A stretch of DNA of 64,000 nucleotides from Escherichia coli (GCF_016903815.1 NZ_CP069973.1); one strand, 5' to 3'; numbered from the stretch's first letter, positions 38,649 to 55,192 are shown. Numbers and translations: made by a program. The notes: a model not told the origin generated them from the sequence alone.

Positions 38649-40154
38649 ATGGAAGCATTACTTCAGCTTAAAGGCATCGATAAAGCCTTCCCGGGCGTAA
38701 AAGCCCTCTCGGGTGCAGCGTTAAATGTCTATCCTGGCCGCGTGATGGCGCTGGTGGGCGAAAACGGTGCGGGTAAATCCACCATGATGAAAGTGCTTAC
38801 GGGTATCTATACTCGCGATGCCGGTACGCTTTTATGGCTGGGGAAAGAAACGACGTTTACCGGGCCGAAATCTTCCCAGGAAGCCGGGATTGGGATTATC
38901 CATCAGGAACTGAACCTGATCCCGCAGTTGACCATTGCCGAAAACATTTTCCTCGGTCGTGAGTTTGTTAATCGCTTTGGCAAAATTGACTGGAAAACCA
39001 TGTATGCCGAAGCGGATAAATTGCTGGCTAAACTTAACCTGCGCTTTAAAAGCGACAAGTTAGTGGGCGATCTTTCCATCGGTGACCAGCAAATGGTTGA
39101 AATAGCCAAAGTGCTGAGCTTTGAGTCGAAAGTCATCATTATGGATGAACCGACCGATGCGCTGACCGATACCGAAACCGAATCCTTGTTCCGCGTCATC
39201 CGCGAGCTGAAATCGCAAGGCCGCGGTATTGTCTATATTTCCCACCGCATGAAAGAAATCTTCGAGATTTGCGATGACGTTACCGTTTTTCGTGATGGGC
39301 AATTTATTGCTGAGCGTGAAGTAGCATCACTGACCGAAGATTCGCTGATTGAGATGATGGTGGGCCGCAAGCTGGAAGATCAATATCCGCACCTGGACAA
39401 AGCGCCAGGAGATATTCGCCTGAAAGTCGATAATCTCTGCGGACCTGGCGTTAACGATGTCTCTTTTACTTTACGCAAAGGCGAAATTCTTGGCGTCTCT
39501 GGTTTGATGGGCGCAGGTCGTACCGAACTGATGAAAGTGCTCTACGGCGCACTGCCGCGCACCAGCGGTTACGTCACCCTGGATGGGCATGAAGTTGTTA
39601 CCCGTTCACCGCAGGATGGCCTGGCAAACGGCATTGTGTATATCTCCGAAGACCGTAAACGTGACGGTTTAGTGCTGGGCATGTCAGTAAAAGAGAATAT
39701 GTCGCTGACCGCGCTGCGCTACTTCAGCCGCGCTGGCGGCAGTTTGAAGCATGCCGATGAACAGCAGGCAGTAAGTGATTTCATTCGTCTGTTTAATGTG
39801 AAAACGCCGTCGATGGAACAGGCAATTGGTCTGCTTTCCGGTGGCAATCAGCAAAAAGTGGCGATTGCCCGTGGTCTGATGACACGCCCCAAAGTGTTGA
39901 TCCTCGATGAGCCTACCCGTGGCGTAGATGTCGGCGCGAAAAAAGAGATCTATCAACTGATTAACCAGTTCAAAGCCGATGGCTTGAGCATCATTCTGGT
40001 GTCATCGGAGATGCCAGAAGTATTAGGCATGAGCGATCGCATCATCGTCATGCATGAAGGGCATCTCAGCGGGGAATTTACTCGTGAGCAGGCCACCCAG
40101 GAAGTGTTAATGGCTGCCGCTGTGGGCAAGCTTAATCGCGTGAATCAGGAGTAA
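38649..40154 (+). CDS. rbsA: ribose ABC transporter ATP-binding protein (two ABC domains)
   Basis: 501 aa, two Walker A motifs. Confidence 0.95.
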
Positions 40155-40158
40155 AAAA

Positions 40159-41124
40159 ATGACAACCCAGACTGTCTCTGGTCGCCGTTATTTCACGAAA
40201 GCGTGGCTGATGGAGCAGAAATCGCTTATCGCTCTGCTGGTGCTGATCGCGATTGTCTCGACGTTAAGCCCGAACTTTTTCACCATCAATAACTTATTCA
40301 ATATTCTCCAGCAAACCTCGGTGAACGCCATTATGGCAGTCGGGATGACGCTGGTGATCCTGACGTCGGGCATCGACTTGTCGGTAGGTTCTCTATTGGC
40401 GCTGACCGGCGCAGTTGCTGCATCTATCGTTGGCATTGAAGTCAATGCGCTGGTGGCTGTCGCTGCCGCTCTCGCGTTAGGTGCCGCAATTGGTGCGGTA
40501 ACCGGGGTGATTGTAGCGAAAGGTCGCGTCCAGGCGTTTATCGCTACGCTGGTTATGATGCTTTTACTGCGCGGCGTGACCATGGTTTATACCAACGGTA
40601 GCCCAGTGAATACCGGCTTTACTGAGAACGCCGATCTGTTTGGCTGGTTTGGGATCGGTCGTCCGCTGGGCGTACCGACGCCAGTCTGGATCATGGGGAT
40701 TGTGTTCCTCGCGGCCTGGTACATGCTGCATCACACGCGTTTGGGGCGTTACATCTACGCGCTGGGCGGCAACGAAGCGGCAACGCGTCTTTCTGGTATC
40801 AACGTCAATAAAATCAAAATCATCGTCTATTCTCTTTGTGGTCTGCTGGCATCGCTGGCCGGGATCATTGAAGTGGCGCGTCTCTCCTCCGCACAACCCA
40901 CGGCGGGGACTGGCTATGAGCTGGATGCTATTGCTGCGGTGGTTCTGGGCGGTACGAGTCTGGCGGGCGGAAAAGGTCGCATTGTTGGGACGTTGATCGG
41001 CGCATTAATTCTTGGCTTCCTTAATAATGGATTGAATTTGTTAGGTGTTTCCTCCTATTACCAGATGATCGTCAAAGCGGTGGTGATTTTGCTGGCGGTG
41101 CTGGTAGACAACAAAAAGCAGTAA
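40159..41124 (+). CDS. rbsC: ribose ABC transporter permease
   Basis: 321 aa recognised. Confidence 0.95.
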   Translation: MTTQTVSGRRYFTKAWLMEQKSLIALLVLIAIVSTLSPNFFTINNLFNILQQTSVNAIMAVGMTLVILTSGIDLSVGSLLALTGAVAASIVGIEVNALVAVAAALALGAAIGAVTGVIVAKGRVQAFIATLVMMLLLRGVTMVYTNGSPVNTGFTENADLFGWFGIGRPLGVPTPVWIMGIVFLAAWYMLHHTRLGRYIYALGGNEAATRLSGINVNKIKIIVYSLCGLLASLAGIIEVARLSSAQPTAGTGYELDAIAAVVLGGTSLAGGKGRIVGTLIGALILGFLNNGLNLLGVSSYYQMIVKAVVILLAVLVDNKKQ

Positions 41125-41148
41125 TAACGACTACAGGACATCTTGAAT

Positions 41149-42036
41149 ATGAACATGAAAAAACTGGCTACCCTGGTTTCCGCTGTTGCGCTAAGCGCCA
41201 CCGTCAGTGCGAATGCGATGGCAAAAGACACCATCGCGCTGGTGGTCTCCACGCTTAACAACCCGTTCTTTGTATCGCTGAAAGATGGCGCGCAGAAAGA
41301 GGCGGATAAACTTGGCTATAACCTGGTGGTGCTGGACTCCCAGAACAACCCGGCGAAAGAGCTGGCGAACGTGCAGGACTTAACCGTTCGCGGCACCAAA
41401 ATTCTGCTGATTAACCCGACCGACTCCGACGCAGTAGGTAATGCTGTGAAGATGGCTAACCAGGCGAACATCCCGGTTATCACTCTTGACCGCCAGGCAA
41501 CGAAAGGTGAAGTGGTGAGCCACATTGCATCTGATAACGTACTGGGCGGCAAAATCGCCGGTGATTACATCGCGAAGAAAGCGGGTGAAGGTGCCAAAGT
41601 TATCGAGCTGCAAGGCATTGCCGGTACATCCGCAGCCCGTGAACGTGGCGAAGGTTTCCAGCAGGCCGTTGCTGCTCACAAGTTTAATGTTCTTGCCAGC
41701 CAGCCTGCAGATTTTGATCGCACCAAAGGTTTGAACGTAATGCAGAACCTGTTGACCGCTCATCCGGATGTTCAGGCTGTATTCGCGCAGAATGATGAAA
41801 TGGCGCTTGGCGCGCTGCGCGCACTGCAAACTGCCGGTAAATCGGATGTGATGGTCGTCGGATTTGACGGTACACCGGATGGCGAAAAAGCGGTGAATGA
41901 TGGCAAACTAGCAGCGACTATCGCTCAGCTACCCGATCAGATTGGCGCGAAAGGCGTCGAAACCGCAGATAAAGTGCTGAAAGGCGAGAAAGTTCAGGCT
42001 AAGTATCCGGTTGATCTGAAACTGGTTGTTAAGTAG
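41149..42036 (+). CDS. rbsB: periplasmic ribose-binding protein (start probably MNMKKLATL)
   Basis: signal peptide plus recognised RbsB. Confidence 0.95.
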   Translation: MNMKKLATLVSAVALSATVSANAMAKDTIALVVSTLNNPFFVSLKDGAQKEADKLGYNLVVLDSQNNPAKELANVQDLTVRGTKILLINPTDSDAVGNAVKMANQANIPVITLDRQATKGEVVSHIASDNVLGGKIAGDYIAKKAGEGAKVIELQGIAGTSAARERGEGFQQAVAAHKFNVLASQPADFDRTKGLNVMQNLLTAHPDVQAVFAQNDEMALGALRALQTAGKSDVMVVGFDGTPDGEKAVNDGKLAATIAQLPDQIGAKGVETADKVLKGEKVQAKYPVDLKLVVK

Positions 42037-42164
42037 TAGTTTTAATCAGGTTGTATGACCTGATGGTGACATAAATACGTCATCGACAGATGAACGTGTA
42101 ATATAAAGAAAAGCAGGGCACGCGCCACCCTAACACGGTGGCGCATTTTATGGACATCCCGAAT

Positions 42165-43094
42165 ATGCAAAACGCAGGCAGCCTCGTTGTTCTTGGCAGC
42201 ATTAATGCTGACCACATTCTTAATCTTCAATCTTTTCCTACTCCAGGCGAAACCGTAACCGGTAACCACTATCAGGTTGCATTTGGCGGCAAAGGCGCTA
42301 ATCAGGCTGTGGCTGCTGGGCGTAGCGGTGCGAATATCGCGTTTATTGCCTGTACGGGTGATGACAGTATTGGTGAGAGCGTTCGCCAGCAGCTCGCCAC
42401 TGATAACATCGATATTACTCCGGTCAGCGTGATCAACGGCGAATCAACAGGTGTGGCGCTGATTTTTGTTAATGGCGAAGGTGAGAATGTCATCGGTATT
42501 CATGCCGGCGCTAATGCTGCCCTTTCCCCGGCGCTGGTGGAAGCGCAACGTGAGCGTATTGCCAACGCGTCAGCATTATTAATGCAGCTGGAATCACCAC
42601 TCGAAAGTGTGATGGCAGCGGCGAAAATCGCCCATCAAAATAAGACTATCGTTGCGCTTAACCCGGCTCCGGCTCGCGAACTTCCTGACGAACTGCTGGC
42701 GCTGGTGGACATTATTACGCCAAACGAAACGGAAGCAGAAAAGCTCACCGGTATTCGTGTTGAAAATGATGAAGATGCAGCGAAGGCGGCGCAGGTACTG
42801 CATGAAAAAGGTATCCATACTGTACTGATTACTTTAGGAAGTCGTGGTGTATGGGCTAGCGTGAATGGTGAAGGTCAGCGCGTTCCTGGATTCCGGGTGC
42901 AGGCTGTCGATACCATTGCTGCCGGAGATACCTTTAACGGCGCGTTAATCACGGCGTTGCTGGAAGAAAAACCATTGCCAGAGGCGATTCGGTTTGCCCA
43001 TGCTGCCGCTGCGATTGCCGTAACACGTAAAGGCGCACAACCTTCCGTACCGTGGCGTGAAGAGATCGACGCATTTTTAGACAGGCAGAGGTGA
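42165..43094 (+). CDS. rbsK: ribokinase (309 aa from MQNAGSLVVLGS)
   Basis: recognised RbsK; ORF track extends upstream. Confidence 0.93.
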   Translation: MQNAGSLVVLGSINADHILNLQSFPTPGETVTGNHYQVAFGGKGANQAVAAGRSGANIAFIACTGDDSIGESVRQQLATDNIDITPVSVINGESTGVALIFVNGEGENVIGIHAGANAALSPALVEAQRERIANASALLMQLESPLESVMAAAKIAHQNKTIVALNPAPARELPDELLALVDIITPNETEAEKLTGIRVENDEDAAKAAQVLHEKGIHTVLITLGSRGVWASVNGEGQRVPGFRVQAVDTIAAGDTFNGALITALLEEKPLPEAIRFAHAAAAIAVTRKGAQPSVPWREEIDAFLDRQR

Positions 43095-43097
43095 TGC

Positions 43098-44090
43098 TTG
43101 GCTACAATGAAAGATGTTGCCCGCCTGGCGGGCGTTTCTACCTCAACAGTTTCTCACGTTATCAATAAAGATCGCTTCGTCAGTGAAGCGATTACCGCCA
43201 AAGTTGAAGCGGCGATTAAAGAACTCAATTACGCGCCATCAGCCCTGGCGCGTAGCCTCAAACTCAATCAAACACATACCATTGGCATGTTGATCACTGC
43301 CAGTACCAATCCTTTCTATTCAGAACTGGTGCGTGGCGTTGAACGCAGCTGCTTCGAACGCGGTTATAGTCTCGTCCTTTGCAATACTGAAGGCGATGAA
43401 CAGCGGATGAATCGCAATCTGGAAACGCTGATGCAAAAACGCGTTGATGGCTTGCTGTTACTGTGCACCGAAACGCATCAACCTTCGCGTGAAATCATGC
43501 AACGTTATCCGACAGTGCCTACTGTGATGATGGACTGGGCTCCGTTCGATGGCGACAGCGATCTTATTCAGGATAACTCGTTGCTGGGCGGAGACTTAGC
43601 AACGCAATATCTGATCGATAAAGGTCATACCCGTATCGCCTGTATTACCGGTCCGCTGGATAAAACTCCGGCGCGCCTGCGGTTGGAAGGTTATCGGGCG
43701 GCGATGAAACGTGCGGGTCTCAACATTCCTGATGGCTATGAAGTCACTGGTGATTTTGAATTTAACGGCGGGTTTGACGCCATGCGCCAACTGTTATCAC
43801 ATCCGCTGCGTCCTCAGGCCGTCTTTACCGGAAATGACGCTATGGCTGTTGGCGTTTACCAGGCGCTGTATCAGGCAGAGTTACAGGTTCCGCAGGATAT
43901 CGCGGTGATTGGCTATGACGATATCGAACTGGCAAGCTTTATGACGCCACCATTAACCACTATCCACCAACCGAAAGATGAACTGGGGGAGCTGGCGATT
44001 GATGTACTCATCCATCGGATAACCCAGCCGACCCTTCAGCAACAACGATTACAACTTACTCCGATTCTGATGGAACGCGGTTCGGCTTAG
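43098..44090 (+). CDS. rbsR: LacI-family ribose operon repressor
   Basis: N-terminal [26 protein letters not shown]. Confidence 0.95.
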
Positions 44091-45483
44091 ATTTACGCTG
44101 TCTTTTGATCAAATTATTACCATCGGTTGTTTTCAGAAGCATGAACATTGCTGCTGAAGCAACAGTAATAATGCCCATCGTGATAAACGTATAGTGGAAT
44201 TGTTCGACTGTCGTTGTGCCTTCCATCCCTTCATAAACGCGAAGGACGGCCGCACTTACAGCAACGCCTAAACTGATAGACAGTTGCTGCGTGACCGCCA
44301 GAACACTGTTACCGCTGCTGGCGTTGTCATCGGTCAGATCGGCAAGTGTGATGGTATTCATTGCGGTAAATTGCGTCGACATAGCCATCCCTAATATAAA
44401 CAACGGCAAGATCAGCATCCATATCGCCATTGCTGGTGATTGCAAAGAGAACTGAGCGATCATTAGCCCAATAATCACCGTGATCCCCACTAACGTATGG
44501 CGATAGCCCAGACGACGTAAGACTTGGGTAACCATCGATTTTGCAATAATGGAACCTAACGCTGTCGGTGCCATCATACAGCCGGCAATAAACGCCTGAT
44601 AACCAAATCCTACCTGTAACATCAATGGCATAAGGAACGGTACACAGCCGGTCCCCAGACGGGTTGCAATATTGCCTACGATACCGATCGAGAAAGTGCG
44701 GGTTTTAAATAAATCTAATGAAATTAATGGGTTTGGCGTGCGTCGTGCATGGAGAATATAGAGAAGCAGTAACCCGATGCTGGTGACAATTACCGTCAAG
44801 GCAATCCAACTGGCGACAATCTTTTCCCCGAATAGCTCTATTCCGCTTGAGAAGAGAACAAGGCTAAGGCCAAACAGCAAAAAGCCAGTGATATCGAATC
44901 TGCGTCGTGCGGTGGTGAAATTGGGCATATGTTTGCGCGCGTAAAGAAGGCCCGCAATACCTATGGGGATATTGATTAAAAATATCCAGTGCCAGGTTGC
45001 CCAGGTGACCAGCACGCCGCCAAGAACGGGGCCTAAAATTGGCCCCACCAGACCCGGCATGGCGACAAAATTCAATACAGGAAGAAGCTCATTACGAGGA
45101 TAAGCGCGCAGTAAGGCCAGCCGAGCAACAGGCATCATCATTGCGCCGCCTATCCCCTGAATAACCCGGAAGACAACCAGCTGTGGTAGCGAGTTAGAAA
45201 GTGCGCAGGCCAGAGAACCCAACGTGAACAGACTCACGGCAAGGGTAAATATGCGACGCGTACCGAAGCGATCGGCTAGCCATCCGCTTACCGGAATAAG
45301 CATCGCCACCGTCAGCGTATAACTGATGATGGCTGATTGCATCGCGAGAGGAGAACGATTAAGGCTATGAGCGATTGCGGGTAAGGCGGTATTCAGAATA
45401 GTGGCATCAAGTGCCTGCATGAAGAAGGCCATCGCCGCGATCCACGGCAAACCCGCCATACTGCGCTTCTTTTTATCGCTCAT
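44056..45483 (-). CDS. hsrA: MFS transporter (YieO/HsrA)
   Basis: 475-aa MFS membrane protein; 3' end overlaps rbsR 3' end by 35 bp (convergent). Confidence 0.85.
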
Positions 45484-45505
45484 TCAATGTCCTGTTATCG
45501 GGGTG

Positions 45506-46198
45506 TCACTTATCAGGTGAGCGTAGCAGCGCCTGACAAGCTTTAAATGCCGCGTCGCCATCGCTTTGGATAATCGCGTCAACAATCGCCTGGTGCAGAT
45601 CCAGCTTTATCACTGTGTCGCTGGTAATTGACGTGAAGTAAGTGTGATAAACCGAATGGAATAGCGAGGCGAATGAGGTCAAAAACGGATTGGCGCTCAT
45701 TTCATAGATATGCTCATGCCAAGCCATATCGACCTCAATCCAGCGTTCACGGCGAAAGTTCTCTTTTAATGCCACCATTTCGGCCATTAACGTATTGAGA
45801 TGCGCCTTCTGTTCCGCGGTGCCAACCGTTGCAGCCAGTAGGCAAGCTTGCGGCTCCAGACAGATACGCATAACCAGAAAGTGATCGATGACCTGATGAA
45901 AGTTCTCTTCTGTCATCCACCAGGTAAGCAATTCCTGATCAAGAAAATTCCAGTTTGATTGTGGCATGACCCGGGTACCAATTCGCGGTCGCGGTAAAAC
46001 CATCCCTTTTGCCGTTAACGTTTTGACCGCTTCGCGTACCGCTGTACGACTCACTCCAAATTGCTCGCCCAGCTCAATCTCACCAGGCAAAATGGTGCCG
46101 GGTTCATATTCACCTTTTAAGATGCGTTGCGCCAGCTTCTCAGCCAGAACATACGAAAGGTTTTTCTGTGCAGCTAACTGTTGTGCGCTTAAAGGCAT
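45506..46198 (-). CDS. yieP: GntR/FadR-family transcriptional regulator
   Basis: 230 aa, N-terminal wHTH. Confidence 0.85.
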   Translation of the reverse strand: MPLSAQQLAAQKNLSYVLAEKLAQRILKGEYEPGTILPGEIELGEQFGVSRTAVREAVKTLTAKGMVLPRPRIGTRVMPQSNWNFLDQELLTWWMTEENFHQVIDHFLVMRICLEPQACLLAATVGTAEQKAHLNTLMAEMVALKENFRRERWIEVDMAWHEHIYEMSANPFLTSFASLFHSVYHTYFTSITSDTVIKLDLHQAIVDAIIQSDGDAAFKACQALLRSPDK

Positions 46199-46330
46199 TA
46201 CTAATCTTCCTTTTTCTTTTTATTCCTCCTTAGTATGCCACCAGGAAGTGTGATTACGGTTGCAAAAACGGCAAATTGCTTGTTTTATGGCACATTAACG
46301 GGGCTTTTGCTGAAAAAATGCGCGGTCAGA

Positions 46331-46380
46331 AAATTATTTTAAATTTCCTCTTGTCAGGCCGGAATAACTCCCTATAATGC
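46331..46380 (+). promoter_or_regulatory. rRNA operon promoter P1 with UP element (-35 TTGTCA 46351-46356, -10 TATAAT 46374-46379)
   Basis: 17-bp spacer, GC-rich discriminator GCGCCACC, A/T-rich UP element upstream. Confidence 0.85.
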
Positions 46381-46469
46381 GCCACCACTGACACGGAACA
46401 ACGGCAAACACGCCGCCGGGTCAGAGGGGTTCTCCTGAGAACTTCGGCAGAGAAAGCAAAAATAAATGC

Positions 46470-46498
46470 TTGACTCTGTAGCGGGAAAGCGTATTATG
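46470..46498 (+). promoter_or_regulatory. rRNA operon promoter P2 (-35 TTGACT, -10 TATTAT)
   Basis: 17-bp spacing; canonical rrn P2. Confidence 0.8.
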
Positions 46499-46534
46499 CA
46501 CACCCCGCGCCGCTGAGAAAAAGCGAAGCGGCAC

Positions 46535-46547
46535 TGCTCTTTAACAA
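46535..46547 (+). promoter_or_regulatory. rrn antitermination boxA (TGCTCTTTAACAA)
   Basis: exact boxA consensus in the leader. Confidence 0.85.
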
Positions 46548-46678
46548 TTTATCAGACAATCTGTGTGGGCACTCGAAGATACGGATTCTTAACGTCGCAA
46601 GACGAAAAATGAATACCAAGTCTCAAGAGTGAACACGTAATTCATTACGAAGTTTAATTCTTTGAGCATCAAACTTTT

Positions 46679-48220
<1,542 letters not shown>

Positions 48221-48305
48221 CCTTAAAGAAGCGTTCTTTGAAGTGCTCACACAGATTGTCTGATAGAAAGTGAAAAGCAAGGCGTCTTGCGAAGCAGACT
48301 GACAC

Positions 48306-48381
48306 GTCCCCTTCGTCTAGAGGCCCAGGACACCGCCCTTTCACGGCGGTAACAGGGGTTCGAATCCCCTAGGGGACGCCA
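48306..48381 (+). tRNA. gltU: tRNA-Glu (anticodon UUC), spacer tRNA
   Basis: GTCCCCTTCGTCTAGAGGCCCAGGACACCGCCCTTTCACGGCGGTAACAGGGGTTCGAATCCCCTAGGGGACGCCA. Confidence 0.97.
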
Positions 48382-48575
48382 CTTGCTGGTTTGTGAGTGA
48401 AAGTCACCTGCCTTAATATCTCAAAACTCATCTTCGGGTGATGTTTGAGATATTTGCTCTTTAAAAATCTGGATCAAGCTGAAAATTGAAACACTGAACA
48501 ACGAAAGTTGTTCGTGAGTCTCTCAAATTTTCGCAACACGATGATGAATCGAAAGAAACATCTTCGGGTTGTGAG

Positions 48576-51479
<2,904 letters not shown>

Positions 51480-51571
51480 ACAACGCCGAAGATGTTTTGG
51501 CGGATGAGAGAAGATTTTCAGCCTGATACAGATTAAATCAGAACGCAGAAGCGGTCTGATGAAACAGAATT

Positions 51572-51691
51572 TGCCTGGCGGCCGTAGCGCGGTGGTCCCA
51601 CCTGACCCCATGCCGAACTCAGAAGTGAAACGCCGTAGCGCCGATGGTAGTGTGGGGTCTCCCCATGCGAGAGTAGGGAACTGCCAGGCAT
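51572..51691 (+). rRNA. rrfC: 5S ribosomal RNA
   Basis: TGCCTGGCGGC...CTGCCAGGCAT, 120 nt. Confidence 0.97.
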
Positions 51692-51743
51692 CAAATTTAG
51701 CAGTAAGCCGGTCATAAAACCGGTGGTTGTAAAAGAATTCGGT

Positions 51744-51820
51744 GGAGCGGTAGTTCAGTCGGTTAGAATACCTGCCTGTCACGCAGGGGGTCGCGGGTTC
51801 GAGTCCCGTCCGTTCCGCCA
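51744..51820 (+). tRNA. aspT: tRNA-Asp (anticodon GUC)
   Basis: GGAGCGGTAGTTCAGTCGGTTAGAATACCTGCCTGTCACGCAGGGGGTCGCGGGTTCGAGTCCCGTCCGTTCCGCCA. Confidence 0.97.
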
Positions 51821-51828
51821 CCCTAATT

Positions 51829-51904
51829 AGGGGCGTAGTTCAATTGGTAGAGCACCGGTCTCCAAAACCGGGTGTTGGGAGTTCGAGTCTCTCCGCCCCT
51901 GCCA
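51829..51904 (+). tRNA. trpT: tRNA-Trp (anticodon CCA)
   Basis: AGGGGCGTAGTTCAATTGGTAGAGCACCGGTCTCCAAAACCGGGTGTTGGGAGTTCGAGTCTCTCCGCCCCTGCCA. Confidence 0.97.
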
Positions 51905-51908
51905 GAAA

Positions 51909-51939
51909 TCATCCTTAGCGAAAGCTAAGGATTTTTTTT
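51909..51939 (+). terminator. Rho-independent terminator of the rRNA operon
   Basis: ATCCTTAGC-GAAA-GCTAAGGAT followed by TTTTTTT. Confidence 0.85.
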
Positions 51940-51998
51940 ATCTGAAATAACCTCTCCGAAGTAAATCCTTCTACCGGCATCCTTGCCAGCCATTCAGA

Positions 51999-52838
51999 TT
52001 AATACACTTCATCCAGCACGTTAATTTTCAATAGATCGCGAATCAACGCATTTTTATCGCTATTTTGCAGCCATATGGCATAAAGCGGCCGTGAAAGTGT
52101 TGTGCTATCGACAACGGTATGCAGGCCGCCTTTTTTACGCGCCCAACTGACGGGTAGCCAGGTGCAACCATTAAGCGTCGCAATCTGTTGCTGTGCCAGT
52201 TCAGCAGAACTGGTTGTCAGAATGGGAACTTCGTCAGCACCGATCAAACCTGCCTCATGCTGTTGAAAATCTGGCCCCCATTCCAGTCGCAGATAGTTAA
52301 GATCTCCCTTTAGTTTGGAAGGGGCACTGGTATAAAGCGCTAAAGTGAAATACCCGAGCAACTGACTGCTAAATTCGTCCATTTTGGGCGCTTCAGTAGT
52401 AATAAGAAGATCAAGCTGGCGTTCATGCAGCTGTTTTACCAGAGACTGCCGTTGGGCAATTCGCGCTTCGAACTGTAAGCCTGTATGGGCATCCTGATTT
52501 TTATACAAACGTCCCAGCCACTGATTAAGCATACATTCCCACAATGAGGCGCTGGCACCGATAGAAAACTCGTTATGTCGTGAGGTATGCGCCACCTCCT
52601 TACGGGCGGCCTGCCAGGTGCTCATGAGCGTTTCTGCATAAGGCAGTAGTTTTTCACCGGCAGCGGTTAAACGGATATTGTTTCTGTGGCGGGTGAAAAG
52701 GTTCACACCCAGTTGATTTTCCAGTTGTCTGATTCGAAAGCTCACGGCTGATTGGGTCAGATAGAGCGATTCAGCCGCTCGACCAAAGTGACGCGTTCGG
52801 CTAACTTCCAGGAAAGTTTTTAACAATTCCGTATCCAC
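51999..52838 (-). CDS. hdfR: LysR-family transcriptional regulator HdfR
   Basis: 279 aa, N-terminal LysR HTH. Confidence 0.92.
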   Translation of the reverse strand: MDTELLKTFLEVSRTRHFGRAAESLYLTQSAVSFRIRQLENQLGVNLFTRHRNNIRLTAAGEKLLPYAETLMSTWQAARKEVAHTSRHNEFSIGASASLWECMLNQWLGRLYKNQDAHTGLQFEARIAQRQSLVKQLHERQLDLLITTEAPKMDEFSSQLLGYFTLALYTSAPSKLKGDLNYLRLEWGPDFQQHEAGLIGADEVPILTTSSAELAQQQIATLNGCTWLPVSWARKKGGLHTVVDSTTLSRPLYAIWLQNSDKNALIRDLLKINVLDEVY

Positions 52839-52956
52839 AGTGCTCTCCGCAAAATTATTTGTCGTTATGATTTAAATGTTTTGTTTTACACTCTGTCAAG
52901 CGTAACTAATACTCCGCGCCATAACTAGCTCGGTCAAAGAATTAGGAGCGTGCAGG

Positions 52957-53295
52957 ATGGCGGAAAGCTTTACGACGACTAATCGATATTTCGACAATAA
53001 ACATTATCCACGTGGATTCTCTCGTCATGGTGACTTCACCATCAAAGAGGCACAACTGCTTGAGCGTCATGGTTATGCCTTCAATGAGTTGGATCTTGGC
53101 AAACGCGAGCCGGTTACCGAGGAAGAGAAACTCTTCGTAGCAGTATGCCGTGGCGAACGTGAGCCAGTGACAGAAGCAGAACGCGTGTGGTCCAAGTATA
53201 TGACGCGTATCAAGCGTCCAAAACGTTTTCACACCCTTTCCGGCGGTAAACCGCAGGTTGAAGGTGCTGAAGACTACACCGATTCTGACGATTAA
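52957..53295 (+). CDS. yifE: DUF413-family protein YifE (MaoP)
   Basis: 112 aa recognised; divergent from hdfR. Confidence 0.9.
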   Translation: MAESFTTTNRYFDNKHYPRGFSRHGDFTIKEAQLLERHGYAFNELDLGKREPVTEEEKLFVAVCRGEREPVTEAERVWSKYMTRIKRPKRFHTLSGGKPQVEGAEDYTDSDD

Positions 53296-53298
53296 TAA

Positions 53299-53322
53299 AA
53301 AGGGCGAAATGCCCTTTTTTTA
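53299..53322. terminator. bidirectional Rho-independent terminator between yifE and comM
   Basis: AGGGC-GAAAT-GCCCT with flanking A-run and T-run; overlaps comM stop. Confidence 0.75.
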
Positions 53323-54840
53323 TGTCAGTAGTTTTTGCAGATGGATGAGCAAACGGTCAATCGCACGATAGCTAACTGCCTCCTGCAAATGCTGACGTGT
53401 GATAATGTCAGACTGATCAATATCAGCAATTGTTCGTGCAACTTTCAATAACCGCTGCCAGGCACGAATCGATAACCCCAGATGGATCAGCGTTTCTTCC
53501 AGCCACTGCGCATCTTCGCTCTCAAGCTTGCAGAATTGGCGTATTTCCGGATTATCCAGCCAGGCGTTCAGTTTATTCTGCCGCTTAAATTGGCGCTCTC
53601 TGGCGGCCATTACACGTTGTTTAACGGTGGTGCTGTTTTCTCCCGGCACTACCGTTTTACTCAAAATGCCGGGGGGCGGTAATGGGATCTCCAGTGAGAG
53701 ATCGAAGCGGTCGAGAAAGGGCCCCGAGAGCCGGTTGAGATAACGTAATGTCTGTTCTGGCGTGCAGCGGTTATGGTTTCCCTGATAATGTCCGGTAGGG
53801 CTGGGATTCATCGCCGCAACAAGCTGGAAACGGGCTGGATAGGTTATTTTTGCTCGTGTGCGTGAAAGATGGATCTGCCCGGATTCAATCGGCTCTCGCA
53901 AGGCATCCAGTGTACGCCGTTCAAATTCAGGTAGCTCATCAAGAAAAAGCACGCCGTTATGCGCCAGCGAAATTTCACCTGGCCCTGGAATTGCACCACC
54001 GCCCACCATCGCAGTTAACGACGCACTGTGATGCGGTGAGCGGAATGGGCGCTGCCGCCATTGTTTTTGTACTGATTCAGCATTTACCAGACTTAATATC
54101 GCAGCGCTCTCCAGTGCCTCTTCATTGCTTAAATCTGGCAAAAGGCCATTAATACGGCTGGCGAGCATTGTTTTACCTGTTCCCGGCGGCCCAATCAGTA
54201 AAAGGTTGTGCCCGCCAGCGGCGGTAATTTCCAGTCCTCGCTTTCCTTGCTCCTGACCGACAACATCACTGAGATCATGTTGTAGCGCCCGGGATACTGC
54301 ATCAGTTGGTTTCGGGCGTTCGAGAGCGTGCTTACCCTCCAGAAACGCACAGACAGCCTGCAGATGATCGGCTATCAGGCATCCTTCACCGTTAATTAGC
54401 CCCACTTCATCTTCGTTATCTTTCGCGACGATAATTTTTCTGCCCGACTTAATAGCTTCAGTTGCACTGGAGATTGCGCTGGGAACGCCACGCAGAGCGC
54501 CTGTAAGCGCTAGTTCTCCGACTAATTCATATTCATCTAATTTATTGGCTGTAAGCTGTTCTGAGGCCGCCAGCAACGCAATGGCGATAGGTAAATCATA
54601 TCGTCCCCCTTCTTTTGGCAGATCGGCTGGAGCAAGGTTGATGGTGATTTTTTTCGCCGGATATTCATATCCGCTATTGATAATGGCGCTGCGCACGCGA
54701 TCGCGGGCTTCTTTTACCGTTGTTTCTGGTAAGCCCACCATCGTTAAGCCGGGTAGACCTTTACTGATATGTACCTCAACAGTGATTGGGGGCGCATTTA
54801 CTCCCAGGGCTGCGCGGGTATGAACAATTGACAGTGACAT
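53320..54840 (-). CDS. comM: Mg-chelatase-like AAA+ ATPase ComM/YifB (506 aa from MSLSIVHT)
   Basis: Walker A GPPGTGKT; ORF track extends 10 codons upstream. Confidence 0.92.
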   Translation of the reverse strand: MSLSIVHTRAALGVNAPPITVEVHISKGLPGLTMVGLPETTVKEARDRVRSAIINSGYEYPAKKITINLAPADLPKEGGRYDLPIAIALLAASEQLTANKLDEYELVGELALTGALRGVPSAISSATEAIKSGRKIIVAKDNEDEVGLINGEGCLIADHLQAVCAFLEGKHALERPKPTDAVSRALQHDLSDVVGQEQGKRGLEITAAGGHNLLLIGPPGTGKTMLASRINGLLPDLSNEEALESAAILSLVNAESVQKQWRQRPFRSPHHSASLTAMVGGGAIPGPGEISLAHNGVLFLDELPEFERRTLDALREPIESGQIHLSRTRAKITYPARFQLVAAMNPSPTGHYQGNHNRCTPEQTLRYLNRLSGPFLDRFDLSLEIPLPPPGILSKTVVPGENSTTVKQRVMAARERQFKRQNKLNAWLDNPEIRQFCKLESEDAQWLEETLIHLGLSIRAWQRLLKVARTIADIDQSDIITRQHLQEAVSYRAIDRLLIHLQKLLT

Positions 54841-55192
54841 AAGCCCTCCTTGAGTCACCATTATGTGCATAAGATATCGCTGCTGTAGCCCGCTAATTCG
54901 TGAATTTTAGTGGCTGATTCCGGTTTATTTGTGTAAGTGAAGTTGAGTTGTTCTGGCGGTGGAATGATGCTCGCAAAAATGCAGCGGGCAAAGGATGAAC
55001 TACGAGGAAGGGAACAACATTCATACTGAAATTGAATTTTTTTCACTCACTATTTTCTTTTTAAAAAACAACAATTTCTCTTGAAATTATTAAAGACATC
55101 ATAAAAATAGGCCAAAAAATATCTTGTGCTATTCGCAAAATCTATGGTAACTCTTTAGGCATTCCTTCGAACAAGATGCAAGAAAAGACAAA

